Of a stretch of 64,000 nucleotides of DNA, positions 27,534 through 38,612 are shown one piece after another. Source of the stretch: an uncultured Bacilli bacterium (GTDB lineage: Bacteria; Bacillota_I; Bacilli_A; RF39; UBA660); contig CANRBS010000001.1 of the NCBI GenBank assembly GCA_947628895.1, positions 5,783-69,782 of the forward strand, written 5' to 3'. The notes beneath the pieces are model-generated. The model made no database searches and was not told the DNA's origin. It worked only from the letters and a program-made list of their open reading frames with translations. The position numbers and the translations under genes are program-made. The first letter of the stretch is position 1, and each line of letters starts with the position of its first letter.

Positions 27534-28481
27534 ATGGATGTGAAAAGTATGGAAAAACAAAAAACAATAGTATTTAAAGTAAGCGATAATATCAAAGAAA
27601 AAATGATTGAATACTATGATTTATTAAGAAGAGATAAAAAGCCTCCTTACTCTATTTTTCAAGCTGAAGAAGGTGGAACAATAATTACTTTATATGAAAG
27701 CGGTAAAGTAATGTTTCAAGGAATTTCTGCTGATATTGATGCTAATATGTGGAAAGATTTAGAAAGTCACTTTAACAATAGAAATATAGATGAAGAATTA
27801 AAGGCAAAAGAACAAAAAGATGATGATAAAACATACTATTATTATGATGCCATTGGTAGTGATGAAGTTGGAACTGGAGATTATTTTGGACCTATTATAG
27901 TAACTGCTACACTTGTTAATAAAGAAACAAGAAAATTACTTGAAGATTTAAAAATTATGGATTCTAAAAAAATGACTGATGATAAAATCAGAAGATGTGC
28001 TCCAATTATTATGAAAAAGCTTCCATATGTTACATTTACTCTTTCTAATACTAAATATAATGAACTTTCAAATAAAGGTTTTAATATGAATAAAATAAAA
28101 GCTATACTTCATAATAGAGTTTTATTTGAATTATCTAATAAAGGTATTCCTTATCATAAAATAATAATTGATCAGTTTACTAGTCCAAGAAGTTATTTTA
28201 GTTATTTAAAACAAGAAAATATTACAGATAAAGTTACTAAAATAACATTCTTAACTAAAGGTGAAAGTAAACATTTAAGTGTAGCTGCTGCTAGTGTTAT
28301 AAGTAGATATTTATTTTTAGAAAATATGGATAAATTATCAGAAAAATATGGTGTTACTATTTTAAAAGGTGCATCTGATAGTGTAAATGAAGTAGCTAAA
28401 AAAATAGTTTCTAAATATGGGAAAAATGAACTTAATAAAATAGCTAAATTAAATTTTAAAAATACTGAAAAAATTATTTAA
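27534..28481 (+). CDS. rnhC: ribonuclease HIII
   Basis: An N-terminal TBP-like domain is followed by GSDEVGTGDYFGPIIV, the RNase HII/HIII catalytic motif. Confidence 0.85.
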   Translation: MDVKSMEKQKTIVFKVSDNIKEKMIEYYDLLRRDKKPPYSIFQAEEGGTIITLYESGKVMFQGISADIDANMWKDLESHFNNRNIDEELKAKEQKDDDKTYYYYDAIGSDEVGTGDYFGPIIVTATLVNKETRKLLEDLKIMDSKKMTDDKIRRCAPIIMKKLPYVTFTLSNTKYNELSNKGFNMNKIKAILHNRVLFELSNKGIPYHKIIIDQFTSPRSYFSYLKQENITDKVTKITFLTKGESKHLSVAAASVISRYLFLENMDKLSEKYGVTILKGASDSVNEVAKKIVSKYGKNELNKIAKLNFKNTEKII

Positions 28482-28496
28482 ATTCAGTATTTTTTA
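28461..28496 (+). terminator. Rho-independent terminator of rnhC
   Basis: The hairpin AATACTGAA-N12-ATTCAGTAT is followed by TTTTT. It overlaps the stop codon. Confidence 0.65.
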
Positions 28497-28753
28497 ATTT
28501 TGAGAATATTTTTATACTTAATTATTTAATTATTCATATACAATAATTATATTTTAGACAAATAAAAATAAGTCAAAATTAAATTTTATCAATTTGACTT
28601 ACTTTTCTTATTAGTGTAATTTGTTAAGTAGAGATTTAAGTATTGTTTTTTAAATATATCAGTTTTGATATTAACTCCTACCTACTTTAAATTTTTATAG
28701 CTTTTAAAAAGTCATATTTTATATTCGTTTATTTTTTTAAACTTAAATCTCTA

Positions 28754-29476
28754 TTAATGTAAATTTAACATCTTAATAGATTTTAATATATTATCATCAA
28801 CTTCTTCTAATTGTTTTTCATATTTATCATTTGAAGATACATTTATACCTTCATATCTAATAGCATATTTACTAGATAAACTTTCTATATAATCACAAAT
28901 TATTCCTTGTTTTATTATTATTGAATAAATTAGATCATTTATTTCTTTTAAACATAAAATTTCATCTATTCTTTCAAGTTTTTTAATTGCAATTCTAATT
29001 AATTTTAATAATGATTTTAGATTATATATTTCATCTATACTTTCTTTTATTTTATCTTCATATTCTTGATATAATTTATATCCTTCATCTTGAAGAAATA
29101 GTAATTTTAATTTATATAATTTAACACTTAATTTTAAAATTTTTAAATTAAATACATTAATATGTCTAGAAAATGATGCTGTTTTATAATTCTTTTTAGT
29201 AGCATTAAAACTAGCTTTAATTATTTCTATTTCTTCTTTTCTTGCTTTAATAGCATAATCAATTGAAGAAGAATTATCAAACATTTCTTTTATCATATTT
29301 TTTAATTCATCTGGTATTTCATTTAATTCATCATTTTCAGATGTATCAAGAGTATTAGTAAATATTTTTATAAATAATTCATCTAAATCTTGAGATAATT
29401 TTTCTTCATCTTGATCTTTATTATTTCTTAATATTTCAATTAAATATTTCTTTAATTCATCACTACTAATATTCAT
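28754..29476 (-). CDS. hypothetical acidic coiled-coil protein downstream of mutS
   Basis: The 240-aa protein has no recognisable motif. It occupies the position usually taken by mutL. Confidence 0.45.
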   Translation of the reverse strand: MNISSDELKKYLIEILRNNKDQDEEKLSQDLDELFIKIFTNTLDTSENDELNEIPDELKNMIKEMFDNSSSIDYAIKARKEEIEIIKASFNATKKNYKTASFSRHINVFNLKILKLSVKLYKLKLLFLQDEGYKLYQEYEDKIKESIDEIYNLKSLLKLIRIAIKKLERIDEILCLKEINDLIYSIIIKQGIICDYIESLSSKYAIRYEGINVSSNDKYEKQLEEVDDNILKSIKMLNLH

Positions 29477-29485
29477 AAAACCCTC

Positions 29486-32017
29486 CTATAAAAGTGATTT
29501 CTTTTTTATTTGATCTAATATATTAATAGCTTCTATTGGAGTTACTTCAAGTGGATTAATTGTATCAATATATTCTCTTAATTCATCTTTTGTATCTTCA
29601 TCAAATATAAGTTCTAATTGTTGAGCTTTTCTTTCTACTTTATTATTTTGATTTTCAAACTCTTCTAAAAGTTCATTTGCTCTTTTTATTACTGTATTTG
29701 GAAGATTTGCAAGTTTAGCAACATTTATTCCATAACTTTTATCAACAGCTCCATCTAATACTTTATGTAAGAATGTAATATCTCCACCTTCTTCAGCAAT
29801 AGTGACATGAACATTTTTAACACCAGATAATTTATTTTCCATAGCTATAAGTTCATGATAATGAGTTGAAAATAATGTTTTACATTTAATATTAGTAGCA
29901 ATATATTCAATTATAGCTCCAGCTAGTGACATACCATCATAAGTACTAGTACCCCGTCCTAACTCATCAAATAATATTAAACTATTATGAGTTGCATTTT
30001 TAAGGGCATAAGCACTTTCTTTCATTTCTACCATAAATGTAGACTCTCCACCTACTAAATCATCACTAGCTCCAATTCTTGTAAATATTTTATCAAATAT
30101 TGGAATATTACATTTCTTAGCAGGTACAAATGAACCAATTTGATTTAATATAGCAATAATACCCATTTCCCTCATATATGTAGATTTACCACTCATATTA
30201 GGTCCTGTAATAATTAATACATTAGTATTTTTATTAAGTATTACATCATTATCAATATATTCTTTTTCAATAACACTTTCTACTACTGGATGTCTTCCAC
30301 CTATTATTTCAACTATATTATTATCATTAATAGTAGGTTTTATAAAATTATTTTCTTCAGCAATAGTTGCAAATGACTGCATAACATCTAAATATGCAAT
30401 CTTACCAGATACTACTTGTAAATTAGATATGTATTTTTTTATTTCTTCTTTTATTTCACAAAATACTTCATATTCTAAATTATTAAGTTTATCTTCAGCA
30501 TTTAATATCATGTTTTCTTTTTCTTTTAAAAGTGGTGTTATGTATCTTTCACAATTAGATAATGTTTGTTTTCTTTCATATTGAAATTCATCTTTAACAT
30601 ACATTATTTGTCCTTTAGGTACTTCTATAAAATAACCAAACACTTTATTAAATCCAACTTTTAACCCTTTAATATTAGTTCTTTGTCTTTCTTCACTTTC
30701 AAAGTTAGATATAAAATCTTTACCATTAGTTTTAATACTTCTTAATTCATCAATTTCAGCATTAAAGCCTTCTTTAATTAAATTACCTTCTTTTAGAGTA
30801 ACTGGTGAATTTTCTTTAATAGATCTTTCAATTAAATCACATAACTTATCAAAAGTTTCAAGAGGCTCTAAATTAAGTTCTGCTAATATATTATTAATAT
30901 CAGGAAATACGGTTAAACTATTTTTAAGTTGTAACATATCTCTTGCATTTAATGTAGAACATGCAACTTTACCAGTTAGTCTTTCTAAATCATATATTTC
31001 ATAAAGATAACTCTTAAGTTCACTTTTAAGCATAAATTCTTTAATTAATTTTTCTACTAAATCATGTCTTTTAGTAATTTCCTTTTTATCAATAGATGGA
31101 CTTATTATATAACTTTTTAATAGTCTACTTCCCATAGCTGTTTTAGTCTTATCCATAAAACCAAGTAGACTATTTTGTCTATCTTTATTTCTCATGGTTT
31201 CAGTAAGTTCTAGGTTTCTTATACATTCTTTATTAAGTTCAAGAAACATTTTTTTATCAACTATTTCTAAATGTTGTAAATGACTTAAGTCTTGTTTCAT
31301 TGCATTGACTAAATAATTTAAAACAATAGAAGTAGTCTTAATTATTTTTTCATCTTCTATTCCATCAAATACATTATTTTTATCAAATACTTTATCTTCA
31401 TTATAATATGAAATATATATATTATAGTTTGTTTTAAATTTATATATTAATTTTTCATTAAAATTATCTTCAACTACAATTTCTTTTATATTTAAATTAA
31501 CAATTTGACTTATTAAATTTTCATCATCATGATTAATATATGTAGCATATACTTTTCCACTTAATAAATCAGCATATGATAAAACATAAGCATAAGTATA
31601 ATCTTTAATACCTGCTATAAAATTAAAGTCTTTTTCATTTACTATATCTGTATTTGTAATAGTACCAGCACTTACTATTTGTGTTACTTCTCTTTTAACT
31701 ATTCCTTTTGCTAATTTAGGATCCTCCATTTGTTCACAAATAGCTACTTTATATCCTTTTTCTATTAGTTTTTCTAAGTAAATATTAACTGCATGATATG
31801 GTACACCACACATTGGAATTTTTTCTTTAAGACCAGCTTGCTTTCCAGTTAATGTAAGTTCTAATTCATGAGATGCAGTAATAGCATCTTCAAAAAACAT
31901 TTCATAGAAATCACCTAATCTATAAAATAATATTATTCCTTCATATTCACTTTTAGTCTTTAGATATTCTCTCATCATCGGACTAACATTATTTAAATTT
32001 ACATCTTTTCTTTCCAT
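29486..32017 (-). CDS. mutS: DNA mismatch repair protein MutS
   Basis: The N-terminus reads TPMMREYLKTKSEYEGIILFYRLGDFYEMFFEDA. The Walker A motif is GPNMSGKST. The protein is 843 aa. Confidence 0.95.
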   Translation of the reverse strand: MERKDVNLNNVSPMMREYLKTKSEYEGIILFYRLGDFYEMFFEDAITASHELELTLTGKQAGLKEKIPMCGVPYHAVNIYLEKLIEKGYKVAICEQMEDPKLAKGIVKREVTQIVSAGTITNTDIVNEKDFNFIAGIKDYTYAYVLSYADLLSGKVYATYINHDDENLISQIVNLNIKEIVVEDNFNEKLIYKFKTNYNIYISYYNEDKVFDKNNVFDGIEDEKIIKTTSIVLNYLVNAMKQDLSHLQHLEIVDKKMFLELNKECIRNLELTETMRNKDRQNSLLGFMDKTKTAMGSRLLKSYIISPSIDKKEITKRHDLVEKLIKEFMLKSELKSYLYEIYDLERLTGKVACSTLNARDMLQLKNSLTVFPDINNILAELNLEPLETFDKLCDLIERSIKENSPVTLKEGNLIKEGFNAEIDELRSIKTNGKDFISNFESEERQRTNIKGLKVGFNKVFGYFIEVPKGQIMYVKDEFQYERKQTLSNCERYITPLLKEKENMILNAEDKLNNLEYEVFCEIKEEIKKYISNLQVVSGKIAYLDVMQSFATIAEENNFIKPTINDNNIVEIIGGRHPVVESVIEKEYIDNDVILNKNTNVLIITGPNMSGKSTYMREMGIIAILNQIGSFVPAKKCNIPIFDKIFTRIGASDDLVGGESTFMVEMKESAYALKNATHNSLILFDELGRGTSTYDGMSLAGAIIEYIATNIKCKTLFSTHYHELIAMENKLSGVKNVHVTIAEEGGDITFLHKVLDGAVDKSYGINVAKLANLPNTVIKRANELLEEFENQNNKVERKAQQLELIFDEDTKDELREYIDTINPLEVTPIEAINILDQIKKKSLL

Positions 32018-32111
32018 AATTTTTATTATATAACATTTAAAAAAATATTAAAAGATAAAATTCTATAAAAATTTTTTTAAAAAATTAAAAAACTTATGAG
32101 TTTTTCATAAG

Positions 32112-33365
32112 TTATTTATCTTCTCCTGTTACAACTTTCATTGCTTTTTTCATAAGTAAATCATATTTGAATAATTCTTTTGATCCAATTTCTTTTTCAA
32201 AATCTTCTCTTGACATTCCATATTCTTTACTAGTTTCATTTAATCCATTTTCAAGTTCTTCATCACTAACTTCTAATTTTTCTTTTTGTACAATAGCATC
32301 CATCATTAATCTATAACCAATTCTTCTATTTGCTTCTGGTTTTAAAGTATTTTTGAATGCGGCCATATTAGAATTAGTATATTTTAAATAATCGTCAATA
32401 TTTAATCCTTGATATTGTAATTTTTCACTGAATTCTCTTGTTAATCTATTAACTTCATCTTCAGTCATTTCTTCTGGAATTTCAAATTTAGAGTTTTCAA
32501 CTACTTTATCTAAACATTTAAATAAGTAATCATCTTCTAGTTGTCTTTCTTTTTCATGAGTTAAGTTTTCTTTAATATATTTCTTTAAATCATCTAAACT
32601 TTCTACTCCACCAACATTTAAGTCTTCGAAGAATTCTTTATTAAATTCTGGGAATACTTTTTCTTTTACGGCTTTTACGACAACTTTAAATACAACTCTT
32701 TTACCTCTAAGTTCATCTGAATGATAATTTTCTGGGAATGTAACTTTTACATCCTTTTTATCACCTTTCTTAAGACCAACTAATGCTTCTTCAAATCCTG
32801 GAATAAATGTATGAGATCCTATTTCTAAACTATAATCTTCACCTTTTCCACCTTTAAATGCTTTATCATCTAAGAATCCTTCAAAATCAATTACAGCAAT
32901 CATACCTTCTTTGATTTTAGTTTTATCATCTAAAGTTTTCATTTCAGCAAATTGTTCTTTTAAATGTCCAAGTTCATGTTCAATTTCTTCATCACTAACT
33001 TCAACGGTTTCTTTTTTAATTCCTAAATTTTTATATTTACCAAGTTCAACATCTGGAGTTGAAACTAATGTAAATTCTATTTCTACTTTGTCTTTTGAAA
33101 TATCTTTAATATCAATTTGTGGTGTAGCAGCTGGTGTAATAGTTTCTTTATCACTTAATAGTTTTGCATATAGAATATCTACAGCCTCGTCAATAGCATC
33201 CATAAATAATGCTTCTACTCCTACTTTTTTAACATAGATGTCATATGGTACTTGACCTTTTCTAAACCCATCCATTTTGATTTCTTTTTTCTTTTTGTCA
33301 TAAGCATCATGTAAACAATCTTTCCATTCTTTTCCTTCTAATTTTAATGTATAACTTTTTTTCAT
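32112..33365 (-). CDS. tig: trigger factor
   Basis: The protein is 417 aa. An FKBP-type PPIase core (GFRKGQVP...) and the usual domain order are present. Confidence 0.9.
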   Translation of the reverse strand: MKKSYTLKLEGKEWKDCLHDAYDKKKKEIKMDGFRKGQVPYDIYVKKVGVEALFMDAIDEAVDILYAKLLSDKETITPAATPQIDIKDISKDKVEIEFTLVSTPDVELGKYKNLGIKKETVEVSDEEIEHELGHLKEQFAEMKTLDDKTKIKEGMIAVIDFEGFLDDKAFKGGKGEDYSLEIGSHTFIPGFEEALVGLKKGDKKDVKVTFPENYHSDELRGKRVVFKVVVKAVKEKVFPEFNKEFFEDLNVGGVESLDDLKKYIKENLTHEKERQLEDDYLFKCLDKVVENSKFEIPEEMTEDEVNRLTREFSEKLQYQGLNIDDYLKYTNSNMAAFKNTLKPEANRRIGYRLMMDAIVQKEKLEVSDEELENGLNETSKEYGMSREDFEKEIGSKELFKYDLLMKKAMKVVTGEDK

Positions 33366-33413
33366 ATTTCCTCCCTTGTTATAAATTAATCGTTATCAAA
33401 AAAGGATATTTTA

Positions 33414-33884
33414 TTATCCTATTGCTACTATTTTAACTGAATAAACACCATCTGGTGATGCTACTTCTACTGTATCTCCAACTTTTTTACCCATAATTGC
33501 TGCTGCAATTGGACTTTCATTAGAGATTTTATTGTTAAATGGATCAGCTTCTTGACTACCAACTATTTTATAACTTTCAGTATCATCATCATCTTCATAC
33601 TTAAGTTCTACTTGGCATCCAATTCCAACTCTTCCATCATTATCACTTTTATCTATTACAGTTGCATGTTCAAGTGCATACTCTACTTCTAAAATTCTTT
33701 TTTCTAAGTTAGCTTGATCTTCTCTTGCTTGCTCGTATTCACTATTTTCAGACAAGTCACCAAGAGCTCTAGCTTCTTTTAGGGTTTGTGTAACTTCTTC
33801 TCTTTTAGTTGTTTTTAAATAATGAAGTTCATTTTCAAGTTCTAAATACCCTTCACTTGTTAAAAATATTTCTTTCTTTTTCAT
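33414..33884 (-). CDS. greA: transcription elongation factor GreA
   Basis: The sequence ...EARALGDLSENSEYEQAREDQ... matches GreA. The protein is 156 aa. Confidence 0.9.
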   Translation of the reverse strand: MKKKEIFLTSEGYLELENELHYLKTTKREEVTQTLKEARALGDLSENSEYEQAREDQANLEKRILEVEYALEHATVIDKSDNDGRVGIGCQVELKYEDDDDTESYKIVGSQEADPFNNKISNESPIAAAIMGKKVGDTVEVASPDGVYSVKIVAIG

Positions 33885-33943
33885 GTGCTTTAAGCCACCT
33901 CTTTCTCATTACCAAAAAATGATACTACTAAATCACTATTTTG

Positions 33944-35119
33944 TCAAGATATTTGTACTCTTAAGATATCATTTTCACATACCTTAAATGGTATTTTCAC
34001 TTTAACAATTTCCTGTGCATGACAGGCAGAATCAACACTTTCATTATCACTATTTATAATATATTCAATTTTAAATTTTTGTACCATAGTATTAGGTCCA
34101 AAAACTTCAATAATATCGCCTACGGTAAATTTATTCCTCTGTTCAACTACTGCTTCTTGAGTTTCTTCATTATAAGATAAAACTAGTCCTAAAAAGTCTT
34201 TATTACTTACTTCTTCTCTTCCTGTGAAATATTGACCATCAACACCTGGATTTCCATTATAAAATTGACTTATATTTTCGCGGTTTGAAACTCTATTTAA
34301 TACTTTTTTATAATAAGCAATATCATCAAGAGTTAGTGTATTATTTATTTTTTTATCCATTATAGTTCTATATGCATTTGCTACTGTTGCTATATAATAT
34401 AGGCTTTTCATTCTACCTTCTATTTTATATGATTCTATTTTTAAATCCATCATATCACTTATATAATCTATCATATTTAAGTCTTTAGAAGAAATCGTAT
34501 AATCATGATTAGTATTATTATCAAATGTAAATCTACATACTTGTGAACATCCACCTCTATTAGAGTCTCTAAGTGTTACATAATTTGACATAACACATCT
34601 TCCACTATAGCTTGTGCACATAGCTCCATGTATAAATACCTCTACTTCAGTATCTATATTATCTTTTATATTTTTAATATCTTCTCTTGAACATTCACGA
34701 GCTAGAACTACTCTATAAGCACCTAAACTTTTATAAAATTTAACTGCGGCTAAATTAGTAATTGATTTTTGAGTAGATATAAAAAATGGTGTTTTTAATT
34801 TTAATCTTTTAATTGCTTCTATTACAGCAAAATCACTTACTATAAATGAATCTATATTAATACTATCTAATTCTTTTAAATAATTATCTAAATTTTCTAA
34901 ATCAACATTATGAAAAATCATGTTTACTGTAACGAATACTTTTTTATTTAATCTATGAGCAAATTCTACGGCTTCTTTTATTTCATCTAAACTAAAATTA
35001 TTAGCATTTGCTCTTAAGCTATAATTATATCCACCAATATATACAGCATCAGCTCCATACATACATGCAAATTTAAGTCTATTTAAATCCCCAGCAGGTA
35101 ATAATAATTCATATTTCAT
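33944..35119 (-). CDS. peptidase U32 family protein (YrrO/TrhP-like)
   Basis: The U32 signature region reads ...GADAVYIGG...E.GRMK. Synteny with yrrM-yrrN-yrrO supports the call. Confidence 0.75.
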   Translation of the reverse strand: MKYELLLPAGDLNRLKFACMYGADAVYIGGYNYSLRANANNFSLDEIKEAVEFAHRLNKKVFVTVNMIFHNVDLENLDNYLKELDSINIDSFIVSDFAVIEAIKRLKLKTPFFISTQKSITNLAAVKFYKSLGAYRVVLARECSREDIKNIKDNIDTEVEVFIHGAMCTSYSGRCVMSNYVTLRDSNRGGCSQVCRFTFDNNTNHDYTISSKDLNMIDYISDMMDLKIESYKIEGRMKSLYYIATVANAYRTIMDKKINNTLTLDDIAYYKKVLNRVSNRENISQFYNGNPGVDGQYFTGREEVSNKDFLGLVLSYNEETQEAVVEQRNKFTVGDIIEVFGPNTMVQKFKIEYIINSDNESVDSACHAQEIVKVKIPFKVCENDILRVQIS

Positions 35120-35925
35120 TATAAATCACCTACCTTATATTTAATATCATGCTCTAAGAAATAATAGTCACTATCTATTAAGTTACATAGATTTTCATCA
35201 TTTAAACTATCTAATATTATTTTTTTAGATATATCATTTATATCAGTAAAATCTATTATTAAATTTAAATTAGATAATTCATTTAAATATTTAGCCGCAC
35301 AAAATATTCTATTATATCTTACTATACTTCCATCATTTTCTTCTTTTACTTCAAGTGTTTTTTTACTAACTATTTCTTTAATATCATATTTATTATTATC
35401 ATTATCTATATTAAAATACTTATTAAAGTTAGATACTAAATGTCTTCTTGAATACATAAGTATATTTTTAGCCGTATAAAAATAGTATAAATTACTCTTA
35501 GTGTTATTTTTAATATCTTTTATTTCATCAATCATTAAATCATTATTAATAACTACATTTTTAATATCTAAATCATATAAAAAATTAACAGCTTTATAAT
35601 TAGATAAAATATGATTTTCATATAAAACTAATCTATCTTTATCTATTATATTTAAAAGTCCTATATCTTCTATAATAAACTTAATATTTTTATTAAATTT
35701 TTCATATATTTTTTTAAACTCATAAATATTTAAATGTAAAAATTTATTCATAATTACATATATTTCATAATTAGAAGATAAATTATTTATTTCATCTATA
35801 TCAAAATATACGGCATATCCAATTGAATAATCTTTTAAAGGCAAAATAAAAGTATTTAAATTAAAATTTTCGTATAATTTAAAATCTTTATCATTTGGAA
35901 TAATTAAATATTTTTTCTCTTGCAT
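35119..35925 (-). CDS. peptidase U32-family partner protein (YrrN-like)
   Basis: The call rests on its position upstream of the U32 gene and downstream of the O-methyltransferase gene. The protein is 268 aa. Confidence 0.5.
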   Translation of the reverse strand: MQEKKYLIIPNDKDFKLYENFNLNTFILPLKDYSIGYAVYFDIDEINNLSSNYEIYVIMNKFLHLNIYEFKKIYEKFNKNIKFIIEDIGLLNIIDKDRLVLYENHILSNYKAVNFLYDLDIKNVVINNDLMIDEIKDIKNNTKSNLYYFYTAKNILMYSRRHLVSNFNKYFNIDNDNNKYDIKEIVSKKTLEVKEENDGSIVRYNRIFCAAKYLNELSNLNLIIDFTDINDISKKIILDSLNDENLCNLIDSDYYFLEHDIKYKVGDL

Positions 35926-36497
35926 ACTCCTAATCTATCTCCTACTTCTATATATGTTACGACAAATTCTTGATTATTATTTAAAAAATCAATAAATTTT
36001 TCTATTTTTCTTACCATTTGTCTTAAATTTCTACTTTTAATTTCACTACTTTTACCAACATATCCATGAAAAGATAAATTATCTATTATGATAATACCAT
36101 TTGAATTTAAGTTTTCTTTAAATTTATTAAAGAATTTTAGATTTTGTGATTTAGCTGCATCAATAATAACTAAATCAAATTTATCTTTTATATTAATGTT
36201 TTCAGCGGCATCATGAATTAATTTAATATTTGAAAGATTTGATAATTTAACATTATTTGCGGCTAATAAATATCTATTATCATCTCTTTCAATACTAGTT
36301 ATATTTTTAACTCTATTATTATTTGCAAAGCATATTGTAGAGTAAGCAATAGCTGTACCTATTTCTAATATGCTTTCTATATTATTTTCATTTATTATGT
36401 TTATTATTGTATTAATAGTATCTTCACTCATAATTGGAACATTATTTTCATTTCCATAAGTTTTTATATCATTAATTAGCTCTCGTATTCTATCCAT
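35904..36497 (-). CDS. SAM-dependent O-methyltransferase (YrrM/TrmR-like)
   Basis: The SAM motif ILEIGTAIAYSTI is present. The protein is 197 aa, and the gene order is conserved. Confidence 0.7.
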   Translation of the reverse strand: MDRIRELINDIKTYGNENNVPIMSEDTINTIINIINENNIESILEIGTAIAYSTICFANNNRVKNITSIERDDNRYLLAANNVKLSNLSNIKLIHDAAENINIKDKFDLVIIDAAKSQNLKFFNKFKENLNSNGIIIIDNLSFHGYVGKSSEIKSRNLRQMVRKIEKFIDFLNNNQEFVVTYIEVGDRLGVCKRKNI

Positions 36498-37588
36498 AAT
36501 CCTTCTCTTTTTAATTTATTTACTGTACTTGTATGTTCACTATCAGTTTTATTAAAATATGTTTTACCATTTTTATCTGCTACAAAATAATAATAGTTGT
36601 GTTTTGTTGGCTCAATTGCTGCAATGATTGAATTAATACTTGGATTACATATTGGCCCTATTGGAAGTTTTCCTGCCATACATGAACTTCTTGTATTATA
36701 ATCATTACAATCATTTAATTCACTTTTCTTTAAGTCTCTTAAATAATTATCTATTTTTTCTGCATAATATGTAGTTACATCACTACCAAGTGACCAATTA
36801 TTTTTAAGTCTATTATAAAATACTCCGGCTACTCCTTTTCTATCATCTGCATTACCTGCTTCTAATTCAATAATAGATGCAAGAGTTAGCATTTCATGTA
36901 TACTATAATCACTTTTTTCTACGGCATCTTTATAATCTGCTAGTTTATTTTCCATATTATCAAGCATTTTTCTAAATATATCATCTATATCAGCAGTAGA
37001 ATAAAAGTCATATGTATCTGGAAATAAATATCCTTCTAAACTATAATATATACCTTTCTTTTTAATATCATCTGTTAAAAACCAATAATCATTAATTAAT
37101 TCATCTAAATAACTTTCATCTTTTAATTTATTTAATATATCTTCTTCAGTAATATCAAAATTATCAGTTATTGTTTTGATAATGTATCTCATATTTTTAC
37201 CTTCTACAAAAGTTACTCTTTTAGTTGAAGCTAAAGTTACACTACCTTTTTCTAATTGTTTTATTAATTCTTCTACGGTATAATTTTTCTTAAGTATATA
37301 GTCTCCATGTTCTAAATTACCGACTTCATGTAATTTTAGATATACTTTATATGCAAGCTCATTTCTAATAAGTCCTTTTTCTTTTAACATACTAGATATT
37401 GTACTATAAGTTTGTCCTTCACTTATATTTATAGTTACTTCTTCACTACTTTTAGAAGGTGAAGTTAGCATATAAAAATAAGTACCAATAACACTTCCTA
37501 TCATTAATAGTATTACTAATATCACTACTACAATAAATATTATAAACTTTTTAACATTAAACACCTTTTTTTCCATTTTTACCTCCAA
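36476..37588 (-). CDS. mltG: endolytic murein transglycosylase MltG (YceG-like)
   Basis: An N-terminal TM helix is followed by a YceG-like domain. The gene follows ruvX and yrzB as in Bacillus. Confidence 0.75.
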   Translation of the reverse strand: MEVKMEKKVFNVKKFIIFIVVVILVILLMIGSVIGTYFYMLTSPSKSSEEVTINISEGQTYSTISSMLKEKGLIRNELAYKVYLKLHEVGNLEHGDYILKKNYTVEELIKQLEKGSVTLASTKRVTFVEGKNMRYIIKTITDNFDITEEDILNKLKDESYLDELINDYWFLTDDIKKKGIYYSLEGYLFPDTYDFYSTADIDDIFRKMLDNMENKLADYKDAVEKSDYSIHEMLTLASIIELEAGNADDRKGVAGVFYNRLKNNWSLGSDVTTYYAEKIDNYLRDLKKSELNDCNDYNTRSSCMAGKLPIGPICNPSINSIIAAIEPTKHNYYYFVADKNGKTYFNKTDSEHTSTVNKLKREGLWIEYES

Positions 37589-37593
37589 TAGTA

Positions 37594-37854
37594 CTATTTA
37601 GTTTCTAATGATTCTAATATTTTTTTTATAAAATCTATTTCATCTTTATTTTTAACTTCTTTTAATTTAGTCATATTACCTTTTTCACTTATAACATAAC
37701 TACTAGCATATGCGGTAATATCACCATCTTTAGTCTTTTTATCATCTGTATATATAACGAAATTTATATCATTATCACACTCAATATTTAGAAGAATTCT
37801 ATATTCTTTTTTATTTCCCTTTTTATCTTTAAGAGTTAAATAATTATCTTTCAT
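37594..37854 (-). CDS. DUF1292 (YrzB-like) small protein
   Basis: The 86-aa protein lies between ruvX and mltG. It shares the NKDEIDFI block with 46097..46360. Confidence 0.45.
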   Translation of the reverse strand: MKDNYLTLKDKKGNKKEYRILLNIECDNDINFVIYTDDKKTKDGDITAYASSYVISEKGNMTKLKEVKNKDEIDFIKKILESLETK

Positions 37855-38266
37855 GTGTCCTCCTATCTAAATATGCTTGTAATATAATAGTTGCTGCTAC
37901 TTTATCAATTACTTTTTTTCTATTTTTTCTATTAGTATTATTACTTATTAATAATTTTTCTGCTTCTACAGTAGATAGTCTTTCATCTTGAAGAATTACG
38001 GCTTTATTTTTATATCTTTCTTCTAACATTTTTTTAAATTCTAAAGTTTCAATACTTCTTGTAGATAAACTACCATCTAAATTTAAAGGATTTCCAAGTA
38101 CAAATGCATCTATTTTTCTATTATAAACAACTAAATCTAATTGATTAAATAAATCTTCATAGTTAGTATATCTAATTATATCTAGACTTGTTGCTATAGT
38201 AGATGTTTTATCACTAAGAGCAAGGCCTAGTGTTTTACTTCCTAAATCAAGACCTAAATATACCAT
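37844..38266 (-). CDS. ruvX: Holliday junction resolvase-like protein RuvX/YqgF
   Basis: The N-terminus MVYLGLDLGSKTLGLALSD matches the YqgF/RuvX family. Confidence 0.85.
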   Translation of the reverse strand: MVYLGLDLGSKTLGLALSDKTSTIATSLDIIRYTNYEDLFNQLDLVVYNRKIDAFVLGNPLNLDGSLSTRSIETLEFKKMLEERYKNKAVILQDERLSTVEAEKLLISNNTNRKNRKKVIDKVAATIILQAYLDRRTHER

Positions 38267-38520
38267 TAGTCAATAAAACTTACTAGCATTACTTCTAGTA
38301 TATCTTCCCTTTTAAATTTAAGAATTCTATTTCTACATTCTTTATAATTTGATATATAACCAGGATCCCCACTAATTAAATAAGCTACAATTTGTTTATG
38401 AGGGTCATATCCTCTTTCTTTTAAATCTTCACTTATACTTAATAATGTACCTTTTATATTTTCATCTATTATTGATTTAGTATCTACTATAGTTGTCTCA
38501 TCATTTGACATACTCTTCAC
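38266..38520 (-). CDS. ireB: IreB/YrzL family protein (UPF0297)
   Basis: The GYDPHKQIVAYLISGDPGYI block matches the UPF0297 pattern. Confidence 0.75.
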   Translation of the reverse strand: MKSMSNDETTIVDTKSIIDENIKGTLLSISEDLKERGYDPHKQIVAYLISGDPGYISNYKECRNRILKFKREDILEVMLVSFID

Positions 38521-38612
38521 TTCCTTATAAATATTTTATCAAAAAATTGATAATATAACAATAAGATTAAACTAAAATGACTATTAACTTTTTTGCTAAT
38601 AGTCACTATTAA

